Assembly: GCA_965645245.1 (NCBI GenBank)
Contig: OZ287072.1
Location: forward strand, 496,001-560,000
Length of the DNA: 64,000 nt
Source: Massalongia carnosa
Taxonomy: Eukaryota
Direction of reading: 5' to 3'
The notes beneath the pieces were generated by a model. The model saw only the letters and a program-made list of their open reading frames with translations. It was not told the origin of the DNA and made no database searches. This document shows, in pieces, positions 1 through 11,855 of this stretch. The position numbers were made by a program, and so were the translations under genes. Position 1 is the first letter of the stretch, and each line of letters opens with the position of its first letter.

Positions 1-1881
1 ATTTTCCCGCCACCCCCCAATACATTTTCTCTTTTTTTGATCATTGCCCTTCCTATACATTGCCCTTCCTATACATCTCAATATGGCCCCCCCACATATA
101 TCTCCTAAAAAGACTCGTACCGGTCCTCGTACAAAATCAGTTGTTTCCAGAAGCTTATGGGCATCAAGTGTCAAAAAATCAGGCTATTCACAGTCATCTC
201 AGACATCTTTCGGAGACAATACTCAGATAACTGAACAGTTTCGTTTGATACGTGAATCGGCTGATGACGTGTCTAATAGAAATTCGGATGATGAAATCAC
301 TCGTCGAAGAAAACCCTACACACGAGAGAATAAGTTAGCTGCTATCAACTATGCTACAACAACTTGGAAGACTCAAAAAGACGGAACTCTTAAGCTTATT
401 AGTAAATACGAAGCTGCAAAAAATCTAGGAATTGATCTAGCTATGCTTCGTAGATGGTTAAAAACAAGCTCCGTAATCGAAAACATGAGTACTGGAATCA
501 GAAAAAACAGACCTCTCAATACTGGCTGTCAGGAACCGGAGTTGGAAAGACAGCTGATTGAGCTGTTTAAAGACAAAAGAGAAGCTGGAATGAAGGTTGA
601 TAAACGATGGATTATACGTCAGGCAAAACATATATATGCCGAGTTGTATCCACATCGAATTATTCGAAAAGCGGGGAAAAGAGATGAGTATCTAGGCTTC
701 AAATTCTCTGTTGGGTGGTTTAATAACTTCAGGAATCGAGTCGGTATTTCTCCACGAGCAGTTACCAAAAAATCACAGATAGTTTCCGAGAATTTGCGGT
801 CCACTATTGAAAGTTGGCTGCAATTCAATCGACGTAATTCTCAGCCCTTAATAGGTCAAATTCCACAGCACGGAGGGGGAAGATATCGTCTTTGTGATAT
901 TGGTAACATGGATCAACCCCCAATTGCGTACGAATTTCTGGACGGACATACCTACGACTTCAAGGGGGCTAAAACGATATGGGCCAAGACGCATAGATCG
1001 GGATGGGATAAGAGACAAGCTACACTAATGATATACGTCTCTGCTGATGGGATAAATCGTTGCAAACCGCTTCTTATCTTCAGGGGAAAAGACGGAATCA
1101 AAAACAGTCGTATAAAGAAGGAGATAAGTCAGTATCATACAGGGGTGTCGGTCCAATGGAATGATACTGCATGGAGCAATACCACGGTCATGATTCGATG
1201 GCTAAAACATCAATATAAGTACGCTACCGCCGGATTCGTCAATCGAGATGCTCGAGATGCTACACCTCGATTGTTGACTTTAGACGTATTCAGGGAAAAT
1301 ACACTGTGGGGGATCGTCGAATCATGCTTACTCAATGGGTTGGACAAGCTTGGAAGGAATTTCATGAAGAAAGCTCCGATGTAATTCGTCGAGCGTTTAG
1401 AAAATTAGGACTTTCTCTGGCCATAGATGGATCGGAAGATGACGAATTGCATGTAGAAGATCTTCCGGGCATTGAGGTGGGAAATTGGAGACGAAATAAC
1501 GAGGAAGAAATAGAGACAGCTGAGAGAATAGATGAGAGGGCAGATGAGGGGACAAATGACGAGACAAATAAGGTAGTTATGGATGAGAATATTAGGGGGG
1601 GATACGAGTATGTTTTAAGAGATGAAATAGGGTCGAATATTGAGGAAAACGATGGCGGGGAAGATAATAGCGGCGACAGCGAGATGGATGAAGAATAATA
1701 GGAAGGTACTTCAAATTCAGTGAGAATTACTAGGAAAATTAAGTACCTCTATATCTTCTTAAGAATTAGGAGCTTATAGCCCAATACCCCCCCTCGGTCT
1801 GAAAATTCAATTTTAGAACACAGGCTTATAGCCGAAAAGGGGTTAATAGTTAAGTCCAGGCTTATATGGGAAATTATACGG
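1..1881 (+). mobile_element. pogo/Tigger-like (Tc1-mariner superfamily) DNA transposon, right part; left end lies outside the window
   Basis: Contains a transposase ORF. The right end reads ...GGCTTATATGGGAAATTATACGG followed by TA (1882-1883), i.e. a CCGTA-type TIR plus a TA target site. Subterminal GCTTATA repeats occur at ~1772, ~1824 and ~1860. Confidence 0.8.
44..1698 (+). pseudogene. pogo-family transposase (CENP-B-type HTH + DDE_1), internally deleted and frameshifted
   Basis: Motifs FKFSVGWFNNFRNR, NMDQ (1st D), KRQATL, KPLLIFRGK and LLTLDVF (2nd D). The sequence then jumps at ~1292 into another frame carrying the C-terminal GDRRIMLTQWVGQAW...IRRAFRKLGLS and an acidic tail. The QPLD third-Asp segment is absent. 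Confidence 0.85.
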
Positions 1882-2191
1882 TATGCAAAGGCTACATGGG
1901 GGGGTGTATGCCAACTCTATAAGGAGATGTACGCAATGATTATCTGGAGGCGTTTGCAAGGCCCTAGGGACGCCTCTGTAAAGAATATCATCATATGATG
2001 ATGATCATGAACGTCATGTAATGACTTTTTGGGAGGCTATGTGACCTTTGCAAACATCAACATTTCCATAGGGTTTGCAGAGGTCTTAGTTTGATTACCT
2101 AACAAAATGCTTATCTAGGAAGACTAATTAGCGTTGGTGCAAAAAGAGGGTGTGATACGAAAATATGGGGAAGACAAGTATGTAACCTTCT

Positions 2192-2224
2192 GCAAGCAAG
2201 CAAGCAAGCATCCATCCATCCATC
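2192..2224. repeat. compound microsatellite (GCAA)n-(TCCA)n
   Basis: Read directly from the sequence. Confidence 0.9.
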
Positions 2225-2439
2225 TATCCCCAATCATCGCCATCTCCCAAACAACAATCCCGATCCCGGCTCTGTTCGCCATAACAGCATAGTCACTCCT
2301 GCAAGCTACATAAGAATTTTTTATAAAGAACTTTTCAAATTGTTCCCGAACACCTCCGTTTCTTCCTAGTCATACCCTGTACACCAAACATCTGAAAATG
2401 GCTGGAGAAGTTCGGTATTCTGCTCTCGCTACACGCTGC

Positions 2440-2454
2440 GTGTGTGTGTGTGTG
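2440..2454. repeat. (TG)n microsatellite
   Basis: Read directly from the sequence. Confidence 0.85.
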
Positions 2455-3225
2455 GCGATTGAGATAGCTACACCCCCTTTCAATATATAGTAGGTTTGTC
2501 GCTAAAAAACTTCGGGCGAAAAATACAAAAAATGACTAATTGTGAGATTATGGAATGGTTTTAATCTAGGGGAGGAGCTGGATGGGTGGCTGAATATGAT
2601 TTGAAAACTCGGGCATCCTTCTTTCTCTGGTTGCGCTCTTGTCGTTGGCCGTGGTGAGAGGTATGCATACATACAACAAAAGAACCGGTGCGGGAAGGTT
2701 GGCGAAAGAAAGGAGTTATGATGAGGGAATGTCGTATTGAGACCACGTTGCCCAGAGAAGGCGTTAGGCTCTTTGTGGTAGGTAGACTCATCATCGACAA
2801 AACAGAAGCCCTTGATGAGAATATGAGACGACGGATGACCTCCAAAATAAATAAATAGGGAAATAGGCAATGGAGGGAGGGAAATTAGGAAAGGGGAATC
2901 GAAAGAATGATGGCCATTAGTGCCCTTCTCGTAAAAGGAAGACTTTCCGTCTTACGTTCACAAAAATATGAGGAGGTCATGTCACAAAAGCTTCAGAAGA
3001 GGTTGAGGCTGTGTTAAAAGAAGAAAGAGATTCGTTAAACTAAGGGATGCCATCGACCCTGAACATCATTCAATCGGATAACCGAGTTGATGAAGCTACA
3101 AAGTCCGACAGAACTAGTCACCTTCGTTGTTATGGTACCATGTCAGCTCATAATATCGTTTCGTTCCTCATCCCGTTCATTTTCGAACATCTTATCGTTA
3201 TCCACCGAATCCGAGCTCGAATAAT

Positions 3226-5880
3226 TCACTCATACCTTTCTACTTGGTGCATTTTGGGCCACTTCATTGGCCTCTCCTCCAAAGTTTCAGCCTCCCCCTG
3301 CATGGATTTGAACTGCGTCTTGTACTTCTCCGCGGCGGCCCCTATGCGTGTGTGCTTTGGTAGCGGCTCCGCAGAGACCACCTTCCCTCCCTTTCTCGTA
3401 GGCGTCAGCATCGCCTTGTTGCGCACCATCGCTGCAGTGATAGTTTTACCGCTAGGGGTTATGCCTGGTTGGTTGGGTGAGCTGAGAAATGGAGGGCGCG
3501 ACCAGTCTTGGAAGGGGCCAGGCGAAATTACATGGGCGCGGGATTTTGATGTTGGGGTTGTGGGGCCGGCAGAGCGTCGATAGGTATTGCGGCGGCTGGG
3601 TGTGTCTGCCGCGTGGAGGGCAAGAACCTCTTCCGTGGGAAGATTCGGGGCAATGCGGCCGCTTGTGTAGGAGCGCTGGGAGTTGTGGGATGACAGGCCG
3701 GAACGCCCAGATTTTGCGCTCTTGGCCGGTGAGGGTGATGAATAGGCCGAGATGCTGCTGCTAATGCCATCATCGTGAATAGTATCGCTAAGTTTATCGC
3801 TCGTCGTGTACCCAATCTGGGAATTAGAGCGTTTGACGCCGCGTGTGAGAAAAGGGTTCAGGTGCGACGAGGGTGAGGATGAGGTAATGTCGGAGCTGCT
3901 ACCGCTACCTTGGGATCCTTTTGCGCGATGGCTCTTGCCGGTTGAAATATAATCGTAGGGTCGAAAGTCAGCGTAAAGTTGGTTTCCGGCTTCGGTGGAG
4001 CGATCGGGACTGCTGTATGCGGTGGCTGTAAAATTGGCGTCGTCAACTGTAAATTCGTATGAAGAAGATTTCGAGGTTTTCGGGCTATGCTCGTTGCTAG
4101 TCTGCGTTCGTATAGCGATTTTCTCTTTCAAAGTCGTAGTCTGCACCACATTGGTACGGATTACTTCATAGTCGCTAGGATCATAAATATAAGGAGCTAG
4201 CCTAGGTTTCTTAGGAGTAACAGATTCGCCCGACCTACTGACTGGCGAAGCTAGTAGAGACATGGTGTTCTGGACCTTCTTGGTTTTGGAACTTGTAGCG
4301 GCGCTCACGTCATTGGATTTACCGACTTGATAGTCGGGCACCGATATCATATTAGCAGTTGCAGCCACGCCAGGCTGGTGAATAGACGAAGTTGTGAGGG
4401 TCGTGGTTGAACTGGAGGCTATATTATCAGGAAGTGCCGTGGTGTTCAAAAAGTCGAGATCGCTGATGTTGAATTCAGGCACATTCAAAGCTGAAGAACT
4501 GGTGGATACGCTAACATGTGGTGCAGCCGTGACGAATTGATCTTGTGGTAATGGAATTCCAATCATGTCCAACTCGTTCAACTTCAAGGCTGTTTCGTGG
4601 AGTTGTGCCAAGGACATATCAGTCGTAGAAATTTTGCTAAAATCGGTTGCCGCCGTGTTTGAAGTACTTTGGTACTTAGTATTTTGGAGATGCGTTGCCT
4701 CGCAGCTGTAACCAGTAGGATCTTGCATGTTGACCACAAGGACCTTGGGTGATTCATCGGGGGGAACCCAGTCGTAAAGATCATAAGGGGGAGTGGCATG
4801 GTGTATTTCTTTTTCATCTGTGGTATTATCCGTATGAATCGGAAAGGTCGACGAACAAAGATCGATATCATCTAGAAAATTTCTATTTTGGATGGGAACG
4901 TATTCCGCTGGAGCATTGTGCTGAACAACATGATTTACGTTTTTATCATAGGCGTCTGCGTTCACGTAAAGAGGAGCCATTGGAATCGAGTTCGACACAT
5001 CCTCATCTCTCATAGAAAAGGTTGGTGAACAAATTTCAAGCTGACTCAAATCATTTCCATCTCCGACAGAAAAGTTGCTTCCACGATTGTCCAGCTGGTC
5101 AAAGTTTTGCCCACCTAGCAGGGAAAGATTTTGGGAACCACCAAAAATGTTGTCAAACGCCTGAATCAAACCTTCGTCAATCTGCATATTCGGGTCAACA
5201 GAACTTTGGTTAACCGTTGTTTTGATGTCGAAAATGGGCTTGGTGTGCATGTCAGAGGCTAGAAAAGGCAGGCTCAAGTCTATATTGATGAAGGAGCTTC
5301 CAACTGGCAAAAATTGGCTGTCAGGCATCGTAGCCCAGGTGGTAGCCATGTTCGCCTCTTCCATGAAAGTCTTCTTCCCATTGCTTATGCTTCCATGAGT
5401 CTGGCTTATGTAAGGGGGATCCGCGCCATAAAAAGCCTCGACTTCTCGGCCGAATGCTTTCTCGGTCAAAAATTCTTCACAGAGATCAACAACATCGTTT
5501 GTGATCCACGGAAGTCGTCGTTTAATCTCAGCTTCTTGGTTACGTCGAAGCTCCCTAGCAGCTATGACTTGCTTGACCTTGAGCGTGCTCAGCCACTCGT
5601 ATTCAGAGTCAGTGAGTCCGGCGGCTGAATCCGGATTGTTCACAGCCTCCTCTGTCGAAAGTCTCTCCGCATCGAACACCCATCCACGCAGGATGCATTT
5701 ATTTAACTTTGTGTCAAAGACAGCTCGAGCCATGGGATCTTTTAAGTTCATGGTGCTAATGGTGGGATTGCGAGTGCGCTGCTCAACTCGAGAAGACTGA
5801 GCTTGACCGCTTGAAAGAGGATCATTAACCAAAATGGGCTGTTGATAAGCTTGAATGTTGTTCAAGTCCTTCACAGGCAT
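3226..5880 (-). CDS. hypothetical protein, Ser/Thr/Pro-rich, largely disordered (884 aa ORF; may have a further 3' exon)
   Basis: 2.65 kb uninterrupted ORF starting at ATG, with no recognisable domain. A GTATGA donor-like site near 3235 leaves the true end uncertain. Confidence 0.7.
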   Translation of the reverse strand: MPVKDLNNIQAYQQPILVNDPLSSGQAQSSRVEQRTRNPTISTMNLKDPMARAVFDTKLNKCILRGWVFDAERLSTEEAVNNPDSAAGLTDSEYEWLSTLKVKQVIAARELRRNQEAEIKRRLPWITNDVVDLCEEFLTEKAFGREVEAFYGADPPYISQTHGSISNGKKTFMEEANMATTWATMPDSQFLPVGSSFINIDLSLPFLASDMHTKPIFDIKTTVNQSSVDPNMQIDEGLIQAFDNIFGGSQNLSLLGGQNFDQLDNRGSNFSVGDGNDLSQLEICSPTFSMRDEDVSNSIPMAPLYVNADAYDKNVNHVVQHNAPAEYVPIQNRNFLDDIDLCSSTFPIHTDNTTDEKEIHHATPPYDLYDWVPPDESPKVLVVNMQDPTGYSCEATHLQNTKYQSTSNTAATDFSKISTTDMSLAQLHETALKLNELDMIGIPLPQDQFVTAAPHVSVSTSSSALNVPEFNISDLDFLNTTALPDNIASSSTTTLTTSSIHQPGVAATANMISVPDYQVGKSNDVSAATSSKTKKVQNTMSLLASPVSRSGESVTPKKPRLAPYIYDPSDYEVIRTNVVQTTTLKEKIAIRTQTSNEHSPKTSKSSSYEFTVDDANFTATAYSSPDRSTEAGNQLYADFRPYDYISTGKSHRAKGSQGSGSSSDITSSSPSSHLNPFLTRGVKRSNSQIGYTTSDKLSDTIHDDGISSSISAYSSPSPAKSAKSGRSGLSSHNSQRSYTSGRIAPNLPTEEVLALHAADTPSRRNTYRRSAGPTTPTSKSRAHVISPGPFQDWSRPPFLSSPNQPGITPSGKTITAAMVRNKAMLTPTRKGGKVVSAEPLPKHTRIGAAAEKYKTQFKSMQGEAETLEERPMKWPKMHQVERYE

Positions 5881-8174
5881 GACAGGAATAGGCTTTTTGC
5901 TGTTTTCAGCTGATAACTGTCAACTTCGCTGTCTAACCTCATTTGGGAATGATGAATCTTACGAGATGATCGTTCGAAAACGTTGTGCCCATTGGGGAAC
6001 ATTTTTGGTAAGCTCTTGTCACGATATGGCATTTGCTGAAAAGGGAGGTCTAGGTCTACTATGTGTTAGCAGATTCATTTAGCCTTCAGATGGCTATTTT
6101 ACTACTCACAATTCTGTCTAACTGGTGTTTTAATAGGAAATTTCATAATGATGGAAGCCATTGTTAAATTGATCACACCGTCGTTGCAATCTTAAGCTTT
6201 TTTAGTGACCGTACTAAAAAACTAGAATTTCTAGCTTTGTATCAGTCATAGGGGGTGATCGTGAAAATTTTAACGAAGAGGAGAAAGAATCTTCCCAACT
6301 GGTTTCACTTGTAAACAAGAGATAGAATTCACCGCGGTTATGAATGTATGAGAGCTTTGGCGAACGCAAGCTGCGGCAATGTGTTTATCCCCGGTTGTAT
6401 GGATAGATGATTCTATCAAGCAATGACAGAAGGATGTGATGATGAAGGTGTGAGAGACGATCATCAAGATTATGATGTAAAAAACCATTATCAAGAAAGA
6501 AAAAACCTCAGTCATGCCAAACACGCGCCATTAATGACACCAGCCTCCCCATTCCTGCCCTGAGACTCATCGTTAAGGTGAATGAAGAATCGGCGGAAGC
6601 CTCAACTTATCTCCGTAGTTGTAGCGCCGGGCCAGTGATGCCGCTAATTCCCCCGAGTCACTTATCAAAAGGGAATAGCATCACTGACAGACCCGTTTAT
6701 CTCCACAGGAAGTCCCAGCATCCTATTGGACAAGACAATTGTAATCAGCACATCACCTTACTTAAGATAATGAGAAAGCTGAAGCTTCTAAAATCTTTAT
6801 AATGCTACTCACTTCTTGCCCGCATCAGTTGCACAACACCCGCATAGCAGCGCTGCTGGCCAACAGAAAACCTAGCTTCTGATCAACCAAGCAAAAACAA
6901 ATGACTTCAAGATCACGGAGGGAAAACAAACGGCAGAGACGACAGACACAGCAAAGCCTTTGAAAAATAATTAATTATATTTCTACCCAGACTCAGAGGA
7001 TCGCCCTACCAAGCGTTGGCCCAACCACTTTACAGTGGCATGGGTTTTGATCAGTGCCACATTGGAAGCAAACAAAAGGAATGGGGAAGCAATCCATGAC
7101 TATTCGACGATAGAGACGGATCTAGAGTAAAAGTTTAGATGCAGATGTAATCTTGTTCTTAATATGAGGCTTCCAAAAATGATATTTGAAAGCCGAGGGC
7201 TTCAAGAAGGTATGCAGTTCTTCTTAGTAAAGCAGAGGGTAGGTCGTTAGGTCTCTTAGGAACGGCTTATCGACATAGAGGAATGAAAAACGTTGGGTCT
7301 TTACAAACTACAGCTCCTTCCATCCAATGAATGATGCATTTGGGAAAAGAATGCTTCACATAGACATCATAGACAGTTCTCAACTTTACTTGATGTGAAG
7401 TAAGGTTCAAGTGATGACGTTGTCCCGACGTTTATGAATGAAACGAGCGCTAGTTAGCAATTTGATGAGGCGCTAACCACTCCGTAACTTAGCATTAATA
7501 TAACAACCAATAAAAAAGACAGGAGAAATGGAGCTAACACAGACTAGATAGATCCTTACCGTTGTATGAACTACGATACACGTGATCAAATGTCACGAGG
7601 CTTAGGACGTTCTGGTTGAAATCAAGATAGACTATCCCGTTTTATCTTCAAAAGGATGCAGCTAGCCTACAACTTCCTCTCTTAAAGTATGCGTGGCTAT
7701 TTCTGAGATGTTGAGAACTCTGCATCAATAATCTCGGTTATCAATTAAAAGATGTGTGAGAAGCGTGTGCGTTTGACTTTGGGAAGAGCAAGAGAATGGT
7801 GATTTATATTAAACATGGAAGCTCTAGATTGAGGCGTTTGGGATTGTTATTATTATTTTTTGACGGAGACATTAACGACAAACTAACTTGATGGGAGATA
7901 TGAGCTATAGGCAGATACAGATGGCAGACAAAGTTAGTTATCCCGTAAACAGTCAACTGCTGGGAGCCGTCTGAACATATAACCAAGGAAGCTAAACGTA
8001 ATCTCGATGCCGCTCTTTGCCGGAAACAAACTTAGTTTAGCTCCCGCAATTTTTAGCTTCTTTTCGTAATGCACATTGATCTAGAACTGTCTCTCATTGC
8101 CTGTTTCCCGCGTTGAGGGAACGAAACAAGCTGCAGGCAATCTATATTGGAAGCCTCGTCTTTGTCGGGAGTTT

Positions 8175-8918
8175 CTACCAAAAAGATGGAACCTGATTCG
8201 GGTTCTGTCTCTGGAATTGGGATTTCGGAAGTACGGATTTTGGAAGGACATTTCCTTCTCCGGTATTTTTTTCATGCCGCTTGATCGGGAATGGATGAGC
8301 AGTACAGCTCCATTTTGGTGAGCCGGTCTATTAGTGTATCAACTGCTCGTCAGCGGGAGCAACATTACATAATTCTATCACGGGCTAATTCATCAAAATT
8401 TCCAACAAGACTCACGGAGATGTTGGCTTCACAGCAGGCAGTGTTCTCGCGGTCCTGACACTGCTCTTGCTCCTTGTCATCAAGATCCTTGACTATAGAA
8501 GGGGTTGTCAGCTTCAAGGACATTTGAAGAGTTAATATTGGAACGCACATTTATGGCAAAGATGTTGAAAAATCTCATCTGAGACATATTCCGCTGGGAT
8601 TCTGGGGCAGCAGTACGAATCCTTCACGGAGGAACATCTAGCTGAAGGGTACGACAGGCCCAACGCCAGGTCGTTGAACTGGTCAGGGGCGGCATCGGCA
8701 TTCACGTCGGGGCCATCGATTGTATTGTAACTCGGAGGTTGTACGTTCTGTTCGGTATTGAACGCAAGGTTTGTTGGGGAATACGGTTCTCCCAAAATTG
8801 AATCAGTAATGCCAGTATCGGAAAAGGAAGCGTCTTCGGCAAAGCTTGGTAGATCTGGAAGGGGTTTGGCGATGGTGGTCGCGAACGAGACGAGAAGGGA
8901 AAAGAAAAGAGCATGCAT
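8175..8918 (-). CDS. small secreted cysteine-rich protein with hydrophobin-like 8-Cys spacing (~199 aa, 3 exons)
   Basis: Signal peptide MHALFFSLLVSFATTIA-KP. Exons 8918-8549, 8492-8416 and 8327-8175 (donors GTGCGT and GTGAGT, GCTGAC branch sites, TAG acceptors) keep the frame and give C-X7-CC-X16-C-X13-C-X7-CC-X12-C. Exon 3 is the least certain. Confidence 0.65.
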
Positions 8919-10203
8919 AGCAGGTACGTGATGATTGACGAACGCAAATACTAAGGTAAGACTAGATATATGAATCGTTTTGGACACAGCGCGCAGATTG
9001 CAGACGATATCAGAAGGACAGGAAGGCCTCTGGCTGAGAGAGTAACACGTAATCAACCGTTTCAATGGATCACGAATCGTTCTTGGTCGCGCAAACCTCC
9101 GTCTCCGTCTCATATATGTATTTCTACCATATAGTTACCCATCATCCGTGCCCTCAGCGAAAGCCCCTCCAAGACGGGATTCCACGATTCCGCTCGTAAA
9201 AGCCACTACTTAACTATACCACAGGTTTTACCGAAGTCGGATTTGCTTAGATGGGCAATACATGATGCCAAGGTATGATATTGTTTGTTCGGGAAGGTAG
9301 AAGTCCTTTATCGTCCGAGTTAAACCATAATCCGAGTAAACATTCCTCCGGCTAGAAAGGACAAAGGCTGGTGGCGTGGGTTTGTTGCAGTTTTAGGCTG
9401 GAGTTTCACCCGAGATTTATGCACTAAAGCAACGTTGAGCAGGTGTTGGGGCTTTTCGAGCGAAACACGATTTGACGAAACACGCCTCTGTTGTCACAAA
9501 GTTGACGGGCCGAGGTAGCGTTAAGGAAAAGTCTACTTGAGCAAGTTCGTGAAAAAGCTGGTAGTAAGGTTCCTAGACTGCCTCACCACGACCAATGTTA
9601 CAGGCTTAGCTTTACTAACGTCAGTCTTTATAATATGCGGTTCCTATCTGATTGCTTAAACAGGATCCAAGGAGAGACTGTAAGATGTGGGTATGAGAAT
9701 GAAAATTCTCTTAAAACCACTACGGCCGTCCCGGTCATCAGACTTTGCGGGAATGCCCATGCGTGTTTCTGTAGAAGAACAAAACACGAAGAGCAAGATG
9801 TCACTTCTACTTAGCTTTAATGCTTAGAAAAACACATAAGGGGCCTTCGTCTTTTTAAACAAGGGCCGGCTGCAAAGCTTGGTAATGATATGTGAAATAA
9901 TGCAGCTGGGTATCGCCATAATGCTCATGCAAAGTCCTCTTACGTAACACATAAAGTATGTGCATGCCGTGGAAAGACCCAGACATCTGTGCACGTTTGT
10001 TTCATGTCTGGTCTTCCCGCTTGCTTCCACCAAATATTCGAACCTTTGTTTATGGCCGTGGCGCTCAATTTACTCAGGATTTCATTTTATATTGATATAT
10101 GCACCCCCAACAGTCCTGCATTAAGGATGATTAATGCGTATGTTGGAAAGGTCCAGCAGCTTGGCTATATCAAGGTAGACAATTCTCCCTTATAATGCAT
10201 CAT

Positions 10204-11855
10204 CTACGCCTTAATTGTTTCGAAATGACTCTTCAGCCTGATTTGGGGGCCAAATTTGAAGAGAATCCAAGGGATCGGAAGCATGCCGAGAGAGAGAAAG
10301 CCAAGAAGGCTTGTGGCCCAAGCGATGCCTAGCTTCTTGTACACTTTGAAAGGTCGTGTCAGCTATGGAGACTAAATCTTCCAAGAAGGAGGGGAGAGTT
10401 ACTCTGGATTGCAAAAAGCGGGAAAACTGCGCCCAGAGTATATCTAACAAGGCCGTTAGCAGCAAGAGCAGACGCGCCGTTCGGTCTTCCATAAACGTCA
10501 ACAAGATATAGCGCAGTAGACGACTGATTTACAGTAAGAATTTTGTGCTTGTCGATGACCATAGAAAGGCAGCAGGATTAGCTTACGAAGACACATAGGT
10601 TACCCCAGGCGAACGGAACTTCAGCCAGAACAGGGCTAATCCAGTGAACATCCTGCCTTGCAGTCCAGGCAAACCAGAACAGGCCTACCGGCAAGCCAAA
10701 ACTACCCAACATTGCCGGATAAAGTCTATGTTCCGGGCTCACAACGCCATCTCTACCTTCTTTAAGGCTTCGCACGTACTCTCTGCGGAACGTCAACATG
10801 TCAATAATAATAATCGTTGGAACTGCCAGGAGGCATCCAAGGCCAACCCCGAAGTAAGTAAGACCGTAGAAGCCAGTCTCAAAGTGATAGGCCCCTTTAA
10901 AGACTAGGGGAAAGGCTGCGAAGAAAGCAAATAGGACGGAGAAGTTAAAGCCAGTGTATAGACTTAAGAAACCAACGATGGGCTCAATAAAAAGCATCTT
11001 TACTGGTCTTACAAGCGTGACGAATAGCAAGAATTTGACAGCATTTAGACCCTTTGGCCCACTGACTGCAGGGGGTGAAATACCTAGCCTATTCGCTCGT
11101 TTTTGAAGTATTATTTTCTTATAAGTTTCCATCATCCCCAGCGAGGATAAATATGAGGGAACGATAACGAATAGTATAGGCCATTGGGTCCATCGCCACC
11201 CTTTATATTGTGCGGCAAACCCGCCGACGGAAGGCCCGATGGCAGTTCCAAGGAAGGGTGCTAGTAAGAATGCGGAAGTGGCAACTGCACGGTTTACTGG
11301 AGCCCATAGATCGGATTGTGTGCCTCCTCCAACAGCTAGAACAGGCGATGCAAAGAAACCTGCAAAAAAACGGCATATAGCAAATGAGGCAAAATTCTGA
11401 GAGGAGCCGGCGCCGAGGACAAAGAGGCTGGCGAGTGGAATGGATGTTAAATAGACTATCCGACGCCCCATGGTTTCTGATATAGGAGCCGCGAGCACAG
11501 GCCCAAAGCCTAGGCCAAGAACATAGAGAGAAAGACCTAGCAAAGCAACGGTTGAGGAGACTCGAAACGAGTGCATGATATCCGACACTCCTGGCGTATA
11601 TATGGAAGAGCCAAATGTCACGATCCAGGCAAAAATCGCTGGTAAAGCAGTGTGATAGACTTTTAACCAGAGGGGCCAGTTCATTGGATTTTCGGGATCC
11701 TCGGGCCCAGTCCAGTCCTGAGCTGTCACGATCCGGTCCAAGCCCAATTCCTTGGCCACTGAATCGGACGTGTGGGTTTGCATCTCTCTCTCGCCATGGT
11801 CATCAGCACTCACTGGCAATCCGTGAACCCCATCGCTCGTGGCAGGGCTAGCCAT
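10204..11855 (-). CDS. MFS multidrug transporter, DHA1 family
   Basis: Motifs W.GPEDPENPMNWP, APISETMGRR, GWRWTQW, LFIEPIV and PEHRLYPAM, plus multiple TM helices. Exons 11855-10587, 10523-10403 and 10343-10204 end in ...WATSLLGFLSL...FGPQIRLKSHFETIKA*. Confidence 0.92.

Noticed and set aside
6000..8050. Hidden genes in the AT-richer spacer
   Set aside because: Only short ORFs without motifs; no consistent exon chain was found.
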